NCBI GenBank assembly: GCA_033442325.1
Contig: JAWQFM010000020.1
Coordinates: 416,575-480,574, forward strand
Reading direction: 5' to 3'
From: Salpingoeca rosetta
Lineage: Eukaryota; Protista; Choanoflagellata
Length of the DNA: 64,000 bases
The notes beneath the pieces were generated by a model. The model was given only the letters and a program-made list of their open reading frames with translations. It was not told the origin of the DNA and did no database searches. The number at the start of each line of letters is the position of its first letter. Within the stretch, counting starts at the first letter, position 1. The position numbers and the translations under genes were made by a program. Shown here piece by piece: positions 1-41,543 of this stretch.

Positions 1-24982
<24,982 letters not shown>

Positions 24983-25501
24983 CGCGCCTGCGTTTCTTTC
25001 TCGCGCTCAGGTCACGAGAGACATGCGATACAAGCTCTGTGTGTGCGTCAGTGTGTGTTGTGTGTGTATGTGTTGTGTGTGTTGTGCGTGTGTATGTGTT
25101 GTGTGTGTATGTGTTGTGCGTGTGTGTGTCAGTGTGAGTGTGTGATAGAGGCAAAGTGTGAGTGAGTGAGTGTGTGTGTGTGTGTCAGTGTGTGAGCGTG
25201 CAGTGTGGGGGTTGTAATGAGGCGTGAACCTTCGACTTGGTCATAAATAAGGGGGCAAACAACAACTTTCTCAAATGCTTATCGTGCGCGCAACGAAGCA
25301 GGCTGTTGTGAGATGCACCAACAACCAACCAGGCAGAGGCCTCTCACGCGCTCAGTCACTCTCTGTCTCGTCGATGTCACAACCCTTGTTGTGTCTGTGT
25401 TGGTGCGCACTTCGCCTCTCTCGTCGTCTTCTTCGCCCTGCGGCTGCTTCAAGACAGGCGGGAAGAAAAATGGCAATGTTTTCGACCAATGTTCCGACAA
25501 C

Positions 25502-25580
<79 letters not shown>

Positions 25581-25800
25581 GTGTGTGTGTGTGTGTGTGT
25601 GTGTTGCACTTGTCGTTCTTGCTGCACGATGCTTGTGGGAACAAAGCATGTGATGTTGCAACAGTATTTACTGCTGTGCCATGCTGTAGAAGCGGTGCAG
25701 ACAACAAAACACACACACACATACACAAATACACCAACACCTACACGTACACGTACACACAAAGGTCGTCAAACCAAGCACGCAAACATGCAAGTCAGCT

Positions 25801-25991
25801 TCAAAGCTCGTCCTTGGAGGCGGCCTTCTTGGCAGGAGCCGACTTGCGGTTGGCATTGACGTAGTCCACGAGGTGCTGTGACGACACCAACAGTAACATC
25901 AGCAACAACATGATAAGCCATGGCATTGTCCCAAAGGAAGACGTCGCGTGCATTCTCACTGAGGACTAGGGCACGGCATTGTGCAATTGAG

Positions 25992-26039
<48 letters not shown>

Positions 26040-26191
26040 GAGTGCTTACCGTGACGTCGCGGCCGCCGTCGTACTTCTTGGGGGTGGTGCTGCCGGCAGG
26101 CACGAAGAAGATGCTGCACATAGCAAATTGTGTACAGGAGGTCACACGTTCGTACCATATCAAAGCCAACACACGCACACACACGCACACA

Positions 26192-26255
<64 letters not shown>

Positions 26256-26567
26256 CCCTCTCGTTTGCTCGCGTTGTGCGCACCTTGGGTAGCCGCGCAC
26301 GGGGAAGGTGGAAGGAAAATCGTTCGCGGTGGCGTCAATCTTGGCAATCACCACATTGTCGTCGTCGGCAAACTCATCGCCAAGCTCAGACCACGTCGGG
26401 GCGAGCTTCTTGCAGTGGCCGCACCACTGTCATGCGTGCGCCGTGAGAGCAAGCGCGAGACACACGTGAATGCACTTGTCTGAGTGATGCAGTCACATGT
26501 GCGTGCGCATGTTCAACTGCATGTGGCACCGTGTCACTGCAAGGGAGCTGCAAACACAGAAACAAGC

Positions 26568-26604
<37 letters not shown>

Positions 26605-27095
26605 GCGTACGGGAGCGTAGAACTCGATGAAGACATCCTTGTCCTCCACAACAACGTCATCAAAGTTCTTGCCGACGACCGTCTACAACGAAACATCAAA
26701 CAGAATGCACAACCACGCGACAGGGGGTGGAGCAGCTTGTGAGCAGGGTATGCAGACGCACGGCAAGTGTCATGTGCATGTGTGTGTGTGCGCGCGTGTG
26801 TGTGTGTGTCACATGTGTGTGTGTCATGTGTGTGTGTGTGTCATGTGTGTGCGTGTGTGTGTGATGGCGAAAAAGGGGGAACGTACGCGGACGTTGTCGT
26901 CGTCCTTCTCTGGGATTGGTTCCGACTTGACGTGGGGCTCCACCTCGCCAGCAGCAAACGCCTCTGCAAACTTCACCATCGCGTCCACGCTGCACAACAC
27001 CACGAGCGCACGTGTATGTGGGGTGTATGTAGGCTTGCAGGCAAGCAACAACAGTGCAGCATCACAAGCATCACAAGCATCAGCGAACACGCGCG

Positions 27096-27131
<36 letters not shown>

Positions 27132-27846
27132 TACACACACACGCACGCACGCACACACCTCCAGTCGTCGTCCATGCGGTACTTCTTTCCATCGGAGCCG
27201 TGGATGGCGACGCCAATGTCAGACGTGATGCCAAACTGCAGCGTGCATTCATGCAGGCAGTTGAGTCGCAGGTGTGCGTGTGTGTGTGTGTGTGCGTGTG
27301 CGTGCGTGTGTTGTGAAACAAAGGCATGTGTGGGAATGAGACACAAGGTCGATGACGAGCCAAACAAGAGGAGAAGGGATTGTCAGGGCGCATTGGCTTC
27401 GAAACACGCGGAGCCACAACACAGAAGGCATACACGGACACAGCAAACTCAGTCACCACATCACACACTCCATTGCCACAACACAGCAACAGTGCCGTGC
27501 ACAGCAACAGGGCCGTGCATGAGGGTGTTTGCGTACCGCCTCAATGTCCTGTCTGAAGCCGTCCTTGTTAGCGACGGCCCATGTGAGGTCGGTGTTGGCC
27601 TTGCTCTGCGCCTTCAGCACGCGGTTGCGCACGTACTTGACGCGCGATGGGTTCAGCTGCAGAATGTACACGCTCGATGAGTTGACGTTGTTGGTTGGTG
27701 GGTTGGTTGGTTGGTTGGTTGGTTGGTGGGTGGGTGGGTGGGAGACGAAAGCACGTGGGCTCGCGGTTCGGAGGTGATCCCCCGGCTGAGGACTATGAAT
27801 GCACCAGGTGCACTTGCCCTTCGAAAGTGTACAGTTGATCACAACG

Positions 27847-27903
<57 letters not shown>

Positions 27904-27904
27904 C

Positions 27905-27957
<53 letters not shown>

Positions 27958-28270
27958 CGAGGTTGAGGTCGAAGTAGACGACAAGGAGTGGGGTCTTCTT
28001 CATGAGGAAGGGGCGGGTGTCCTCTGTCATTACCCCGACCTTGCCCAGCGCCGCGTCAGCAACAAACGCCGTGATGTCTGCAGGGCGCGGCTGGAGGCGG
28101 AAGCAGCACGGCAAAGAAAGAAACGTGATGGGTGACTGTTGACCACAAAGGTATGCACGCACACGCACACGCGCGCGCACACACGCACACTCACTTGCAC
28201 ACACACAAACGCACGCACGCACACACATATGCTCACACACACACGCTCACACACACACATGCACACACGC

Positions 28271-28306
<36 letters not shown>

Positions 28307-29414
28307 CGCCGTCGTAGGTGTGGGTTGGCTCTTCAAACTTGTTCTGCAGCTTCTTCGGCTGGAACACAACAATCTTGCTGTCAAGTCAAGCGGAAATCAG
28401 CCGCAACGGGAGATTTTGTCACAGCAACAGGCAGGTACATGATGAGACACGACAATGAAAGGAGGAGGTGGTGGGGGAGGAGGAAAGGTGATTACGTAGT
28501 AAGGTGACATGCAGGTACAAGCCCTCGTGGCAAGAGCAACGCAAGCATGCATGCGCAGGAACACAACAAGGCCACATTCATACAAGACAACGTGCGTACA
28601 CCCACAGCTACAGCGATACTGCTCACTTCTCTCCGTATTTGGCGAGGGCATCTTCGTTGCGTGTGTATGCAAAGCGGAAGCTGTCACGGTTGGCATCTGC
28701 AGACTTCTGGAACGCAGACTTGAGCCGGTCGCTGTTCTTCAAAAAGGCTGAACGCGCATGCAGTTGCAGTGCAGTGGATTGTGTGTATGTGTGTGTGTGT
28801 GTGATTTTGTGCGTGTTGACGCGCGTGTACGGTTGAGAATGAGAGAGAGAGAGAGAGAGAGACGAGAAGGCAGGGTCGCATTGATTGTGTGTGTGTATGT
28901 GTGTGTGTGCGTGTGCGTGGGGGGGGAGGGGTCGTTCAGTCTCCACAGCGTTATCCGCTTATGGCATTGCTGCCCTGTTAACAAAATTGTTCGCTTGGGG
29001 TGTCTCAGGCGCGTACCAACGACGGCCGTCTCGTCTGAGGCGAGGAGGGCATCAAGCTCCTTCATGTCGCTCAGCTCTGGGAAGGAGAACACGTCAGCAC
29101 AGACATGAGCGTGGTGTTGCCGTGGACAGAACTACGCAATACGGAAGTGGCAAGGGAGAGCAATGCAGCGAAGCGTGTCGTGCGACGTGGCTGGGCAGGA
29201 CAAAACAGCCACATCAGCAGGGTGAAGGAGCTGAACAACGAGACGTGAACGCACCAACGGCGCTTGGGGTGGCTTGCTTCTTCATGTACTTGACAATGGC
29301 CGATGCGGTGCGCTGGTCCTCATAGGGCGCAAACTCCTCGCCGTTCCGGAACAGCTACGATGTGCGAAATTTCGTGTGTACATGCGTGCGTGTGCGTTTG
29401 CGTAAGTGTGTGTG

Positions 29415-29479
<65 letters not shown>

Positions 29480-30542
29480 TTGTGTTTGTATGTGTATATA
29501 TGTACGTGTGCGTTGCGTTTGTGTGCATTTGCGTTTGTGTGTATGTGAGTGTGTGTGTGTGTGTGAGAGTGTGTGTGTGTGTGCGTTTGGGTTTGTGTAA
29601 GTGTGCATGTGTGCGTTTGGGTTTGTGTGTGTGTGTGAGTGAGTGAGAGAGAGTGTGTGTGCATGTGTGTGCATGTTGGCGTGTGCTAAAGCGCATTTGT
29701 GTGAGCAAACCCATCCGAGGTTTGCCCTGCCAGCACGTCACCCATCAAGTGCACGCGCATACCTTGATGGTGGGGTAGCCGCGAACACCAAACTGGCTGG
29801 CCAGGGCGCTCTCCTCCGTGGCATCCACCTTGGCAAGCATGATGTCCAGGCCAGTCTTGGCCAGCTCCGTCGCAGCCTTCTCATACTCTGGCTCCTGTTC
29901 GTGCAACAACACAAAACAGCGGACAACCCGTGCGAGCGGCAGTGAGTTTGTGCATTATAAACGAACGCGGCCTGCCCTGCACAGCAAAAGCAAGGGTGAG
30001 ACGAGACAGGAACACAGGCAGTGCCGACTGGCAAGGCCTTTGTTCGTTCCAACGAGCAACAGTCACGCAAACAAATCATCATGCCCTACTTACCAAACGC
30101 TTGCAGTGACCACACCACTGTTGTTGTTGTTGTTGATGTTGAAGGAGTGCAAAGCAAAGCATGGAATGTGAGGAAGCCTGGAATGTGTGCTTTCACACTG
30201 AATCGAGCATAGTGTACACCCACACCCACCCACACACAAACTCTCTCCCTCTTTCGCTTTCTTTGAAGCCACTGAACACTGCAACGACACACTGAAGTGG
30301 ACACTGCAAAGACACACTGAAGCCACTGAACACAAACACATACAAACGCACGCACGCGCGCACACGCACGAAAGACACGAACCAACCGGGGCGTAGAACT
30401 CCACAAGGGCGAGGGGTCGCTCCTTCAAGGTGGAGGCAAAGTTGTTCGTGGTCAGCGTCACCACATCCGAGCCTTGGGCTGTGCCAGCGGCCGCAACCAC
30501 CGCCACCAAAACAAGTAAGGCAGCAACGGCACTCGTCATCAT
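25801..30542 (-). CDS. PDIA3: Protein disulfide isomerase, ERp57/PDIA3-like (a-b-b'-a'), with signal peptide and KDEL
   Basis: Signal peptide [20 protein letters not shown]. Two FYAP|WCGHCK active sites (30094-30117 and ~26400-26426). ERp57-type segments [15 protein letters not shown] and [11 protein letters not shown]-terminus ...ASKDEL-TGA (stop at 25801-25803). Confidence 0.9.
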
Positions 30543-30809
30543 CAAAGGAAGGACACGTCAGTCAGTCTGAAAAAAATTAAAGACAACAGCACAAAATAAA
30601 TGACTTTTACTGTCAATTTTGACAGCTGGACCAACTTCGCCGTCCGCGAAAATTTTGAATTTCCACCATCGCATCGCCAAAGCAAACAAGCAAACACCAC
30701 ACACACACAAGCAAACACCACACACACACACAAGCAAACACCACACACACACACATATCAACACCATCCAATCACCCATCCATCACCACAAGCAAGCCAG
30801 CAAGCGACA
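30543..30809. promoter_or_regulatory. Short bidirectional promoter region between PDI (-) and TPX2 (+)
   Basis: 267 bp between divergent ATGs. Contains CCGCGAAAATTTTGAAT (30644-30660) and the inverted repeat CTGTCAA-TT-TTGACAG (30610-30625). Confidence 0.65.
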
Positions 30810-36240
<5,431 letters not shown>

Positions 36241-36689
36241 ACGTGCTTCATCCCCTCCCCCCTCATCTCTCATTCGCCATCAACCTGGTGTGCAGTGCCG
36301 AATCACGTTGTTCTTTTGCAGTGGCGTGCGCATCGTTTGTTGCTTGGTGACACCTGCCTGCATCTTTTGTTGTGCGTGTGCGTGTGTGTGTGTGCGTGTG
36401 TGTGTGTGTGTGCGTGTGTGCGTGTGCCAGACAATTTCAGAAATGAACGATTGCTGCTTTGTCGCTTTCCTTTGTTCGCCCCTCGCTTGCCAATGCTTCC
36501 CTTGCTTCCTGTCTCATAACACATTCAAGTAATCGCCAACAACCATTGACGACAAGTATGTGTGCGTGTGCTGAGGTAGAGTGTGAACTAAACTGGTTTC
36601 ACACAAACAACAGCGTTGAAGTCGTTTATTCGAGAGGCAAGAGATGAGATGAATTGTTGCATTCATTCCAAGCACGTGCATCACACACA

Positions 36690-36789
36690 NNNNNNNNNNN
36701 NNNNNNNNNNNNNNNNNNNNNNNNNNNNNNNNNNNNNNNNNNNNNNNNNNNNNNNNNNNNNNNNNNNNNNNNNNNNNNNNNNNNNNNNN
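36690..36789. other. Assembly gap (100 N)
   Basis: Run of N flanked by (CA)n. Confidence 1.
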
Positions 36790-36878
<89 letters not shown>

Positions 36879-36926
36879 TTCTTCAAGCACAAACGAGCAC
36901 CGACGAGCGTCGTTGAAAGTGCTTAC

Positions 36927-37118
36927 TTTGACACCGGGCAGACAAAGACGGAGTGACACTGCTTGTCCTGGTTGACGGGAACCTGAACCGGGACGACATC
37001 GTCGTCGTACCATTTCGTCTGTCGCCCCGTTGCCTTTGCAACCGTTTCCCACTTGAGCAACACCGGCACGCCCGCACACCCCGCACTCACGCTGCACCAA
37101 CAACAACAACAGCGACAA

Positions 37119-37202
<84 letters not shown>

Positions 37203-37528
37203 TGTGTGTGTGTATATGTGTGTGAAACATTAGTGAACATTGAGCACTACAACTACATCCATGGCAAGGGAACCCTTCCAACACACATTCACACAGCACT
37301 AGAAACAGTTCACGCACCATAGCGCCAAAGGACTCGTTTCCTGTACGCCCATCAATGCACACGCCGTTTGCGTAAACGCATGCGCGAGCACAGTCCTATG
37401 CAGACAGGTCGAAGAATTGCGTCGCGAACGCGAGATATGTGAGTGAGTGAGTGAGTGAGTGGGTGAGTGAGTGAGTGAGTGAGTGTGTGTGTGTGTGTGA
37501 GTGAGTGAGTGAGTGTGTGTAGGCTGTG

Positions 37529-37596
<68 letters not shown>

Positions 37597-39939
37597 ATGT
37601 GTGTGTGCATGTNNNNNNNNNNNNNNNNNNNNNNNNNNNNNNNNNNNNNNNNNNNNNNNNNNNNNNNNNNNNNNNNNNNNNNNNNNNNNNNNNNNNNNNN
37701 NNNNNNNNNNNNNNNNNNNNNNNNNNNNNNNNNNNNNNNNNNNNNNNNNNNNNNNNNNNNNNNNNNNNNNNNNNNNNNNNNNNNNNNNNNNNNNNNNNNN
37801 NNNNNNNNNNNNNNNNNNNNNNNNNNNNNNNNNNNNNNNNNNNNNNNNNNNNNNNNNNNNNNNNNNNNNNNNNNNNNNNNNNNNNNNNNNNNNNNNNNNN
37901 NNNNNNNNNNNNNNNNNNNNNNNNNNNNNNNNNNNNNNNNNNNNNNNNNNNNNNNNNNNNNNNNNNNNNNNNNNNNNNNNNNNNNNNNNNNNNNNNNNNN
38001 NNNNNNNNNNNNNNNNNNNNNNNNNNNNNNNNNNNNNNNNNNNNNNNNNNNNNNNNNNNNNNNNNNNNNNNNNNNNNNNNNNNNNNNNCGATTTCGAGTA
38101 AACAGCGAACTGCACTTGATGCACCAACACGAGGATGCAGACACACATGCACGCACAAAAGTCATACATGGGAGGTTGACTGCACCTTCGCTGTGCTCGA
38201 TGTAGAGCGGGCCCATGTGTTGGTGTGCAAATGCAAGCGCCTCAGTCGTCTGCATGGCAGCAGTCAGAACACCGACACAAGACGGCGTGTGCATGCAGAC
38301 GGATACAGGCAGGCAGACACAAAGAGAATGTGTGCGTATGAGAGAGAGAGAGAGAGAGTGTGTGTGTGTGTGTGTGTGTGTGATGAGGTGACTGCGTGTG
38401 TAGGCCGGCGCTTGCAGGGGCGTGTTCACTCCATGTGCCACACTCACCTGATTGTGTGCAATCATGTGGACGAAGCGGTGTTTGACGTAATGCAGCATCA
38501 TCTTGCTGGCGGCAGCTCCGGACAAACGGCCCATGTTCTCATGCAACCACCTGCAACACGCAATTGACAAAATATCACGGCGCATGAACACCGGACACGT
38601 AAAGCGGTTGCACAACAACAACTTAAACAACAACAACTTTAACAACAACTTAAACAACAACTTTAACAACAACTTCAACAACTTAAGCAATTTAAAAACA
38701 ACAACAGAGAAGCAGGCACACACAAACACTCACTCACTCGCTCACACACACTCTCTCTCTCGCTCTCAGACATTGCCTTGTCTTTGTGCTCACACACCTT
38801 TCAAACGGCGCAATGTTCTGCTTGTGAAGGGCGTCGGTGATGTGATGGAAGGAGCGAAACTGATCCAGGGATTCCGTTGAGCCAACACCCGTCTCCTACA
38901 CACACACACACACGCACAGCGTGTTACAGAGATGAGGGCACTGCACCATGGTATGCCGCAGACATAGAACAAAGCATTGTCCAATCCAACGCAAACCTCG
39001 CAAACACACCTCGTAAAATGCCTGGCTTGCATCAAAGAGGCCTTCAAGCGCAAAGTGCTCAGCAATGATCCGCTGTACGGAGTCTGTCACGTCCTGCACA
39101 CGCCAATCATACGCGCGAGGTGGAGGTGATGACACGTTGTGATCGATGGCATTGCAGAGGAACAGCCTCTCAGTCACCATGGCAGCAGGTATTCTGAACA
39201 AACACATACAAACAGGTAATTGCACACAAGAAAGCAAGCCCCCCCCCCCCACACACACACAAACACACACGCAGTCGCCACAAAAGCACGCTTCCTTGCT
39301 TGTGCTGCACCTCAAAGGCGTCTGGATTTGCCAGTGATGAGACGGTTGTTCCAGATACAAACGACTGCCAAGACGAACAACAGGCACAAAGTTGCGTCAA
39401 TGGGAGATCACGGCACCATACGACGCAACAGCGGACAAGGGCGAACAAGGGCGAGTGCATGTGGCTGAGCAAGCACGGCTGCACCACGCAGCAACACCTT
39501 ACCTGATCAACAAAATCCGAGTACTTGGATAGAGCCTGATATCCAACCTTGTGCTCTCGTGATACCCTTTGTACATGTGTGTGTGAGAGAGTGCGTGTGT
39601 GCGTGTGTGCGTGCGTGTGTGTGCGTATGCGTATGTCTCGCACAGGCAAGCGGCGTGGGTCACAAGTGCAAGTGAGACCAGGTCCCACACACAACACCAG
39701 CGATTTCAATCGCAAGCAACCCTCCCCCAACATACACGTTTCACCTACGTCTTGGCCGCACGCTTGGCTGCCTTGTTCGTTGACTTCAAGAGCTGCTTCG
39801 TCTTCGATGGGTTCTCTACAGACAAGGCACAAGGCACAGCCACACATCCATCAAACGAGGAAGTGAGTCCTCAATCGCACCACGCAAGCACAGAAACAGC
39901 AGCAGCAGTAGTAGCAGCAGCAGCAGCAGCAGCAGCACC

Positions 39940-40019
<80 letters not shown>

Positions 40020-40348
40020 GAGCGTGAAACGCACGTATGTCCACAGAACAAGCAAGTATGCTGCAGCCACCCTCACAAACAGCCAACATGCATCCTTCCC
40101 CTCCCCCCAATGACCCTCAATAACAAAAAAAAAGCACATCTACACCCTCCTCCTGTCTTCTCAACGTTTTCATTGTCCCTACCTTTGACCTGCGCACGAC
40201 ACTTGGCAATGGCTTGCTTGAGCGTGTCCAGGCTGGTCAGAGTGGCATCCCACTTTTGGTCGTAATCCTTCCGTGCGTTCGTCAGGCCGGAGGCCATCAG
40301 CCGCAGCTTGTCTGGCGACATATTCACGCTGCTCAACGACGACGACAT
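36927..40348 (-). CDS. RMND5: RMND5/GID2 subunit of the CTLH/GID E3 ligase (LisH-CTLH-CRA-RING); 3' end missing
   Basis: ATG at 40348. Exons give TVSREHKVGYQALSKY, IIAEHFALEGLFDASQAF (LisH), WLHEN...LHYVKHRFVHMI (CTLH), FTQTACALMGVQETSPL and SAGCAGVPVLLK...HSVFVCPVSK (start of the degenerate RING). The last recognisable donor is at 36926. Confidence 0.85.
37613..38088. other. Assembly gap (476 N) inside RMND5
   Basis: Run of N. Confidence 1.
38611..38706. repeat. AT-rich ~12-bp minisatellite (TTWAACAACAAC)n in an RMND5 intron
   Basis: Visible units ttaaacaacaac / tttaacaacaac / ttcaacaac. Confidence 0.8.
39898..40019. repeat. Compound trinucleotide repeat (AGC)n(ACC)n(ATC)~22 in RMND5 intron 1
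   Basis: Directly visible. The flanking exons join in phase (AAA G|AG AAC) without it. Confidence 0.9.
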
Positions 40349-40934
40349 GCTCGCGGCTCCCTGTCCAGGCCGAGCGAGCGACAAACAGCGAGAGTCTGTT
40401 CGATGGAGGAGGATGGAGGAGGATGGATGTATCGTGTGCACCTTCACCCGCACTTGTCTGATTTGTTGCTTCTTTGCTTTGGCGCAAACACAAACAGTGC
40501 TGAAAAATATAGGGTGTAATTGCGAATATTCCAGCCAAAGAAACGGTTTGGAGGTTAGTGCGAACCCCGTCATGCACGACGATGGCTGTCGTCCAGCGAC
40601 TGAAGCAAGGAGTGGAGCGAATGAGATGAACACACGTGCATGTGCACACGTGTGTGTGTGTGTGTGTGTGTGCACACGTGCACGTGTGGCAAAGACGTCA
40701 TCAAAGCAAGTAACAGAACGCAATAAACGCAATATCACTGGCAAACATGGGGCATGTGTTGAATAGTGTCGTGTGTAACACGTACAGAACGCAGCATAAC
40801 ACAGGCATGGGAGGAGGCAAGTCAAGCAAAGGCCAACAAGGGAGCAAAACAACAACAGAAGTGAAGGAGAGAACAAGCGATTGTACACACAAAACAAACA
40901 GCAGCGCATCAACTCTCCTGCAGCAACAGCGCGT

Positions 40935-41468
40935 TCATGCATTGGCGGAGGCAACGCGGCTGTGGTCCTGGGACGCCGCCGTGGAGCGCATCTTCGTCAC
41001 CGCGTCCGACCACCGCTTCTTCTGCGGGAAGTGCTTCAGCAGCTCCTCAACAACAGGCACGTGCCGGTCGTGCACGCAGATGGCAGCCGTGCTCGGTCGC
41101 CGCTGCAGCCACCGATGCCGCAATATCTGCTTGGGCGTCAGCCTGCTCTGCGGGTCCACGCGCAAAAGGTTTCGGATGAGCGCCTTGGCCTCTGCAGACA
41201 CGTCGCTCCAGTAAGGGTCGGGGAAGCTGAAGGCACCGCGCCGGATGCGATCAAACAACTCTTTTTGGTTCTTCGTGGCCGACGCAAACGGCGGGAACCC
41301 GCACAGCATAATGTACATGATCACGCCAATCGCCCACGTGTCCACCTCAAGCCCATACCTACACGTTACAGGTGTTGTTGGTGATGGCGGCGGTGAGACA
41401 ATGATGGTGTGCTTTGTGTGAGTGAGAGAGGGAGGGAGGGAGAACGTACGTGCGCGAGAGAAAGGGTG

Positions 41469-41543
<75 letters not shown>

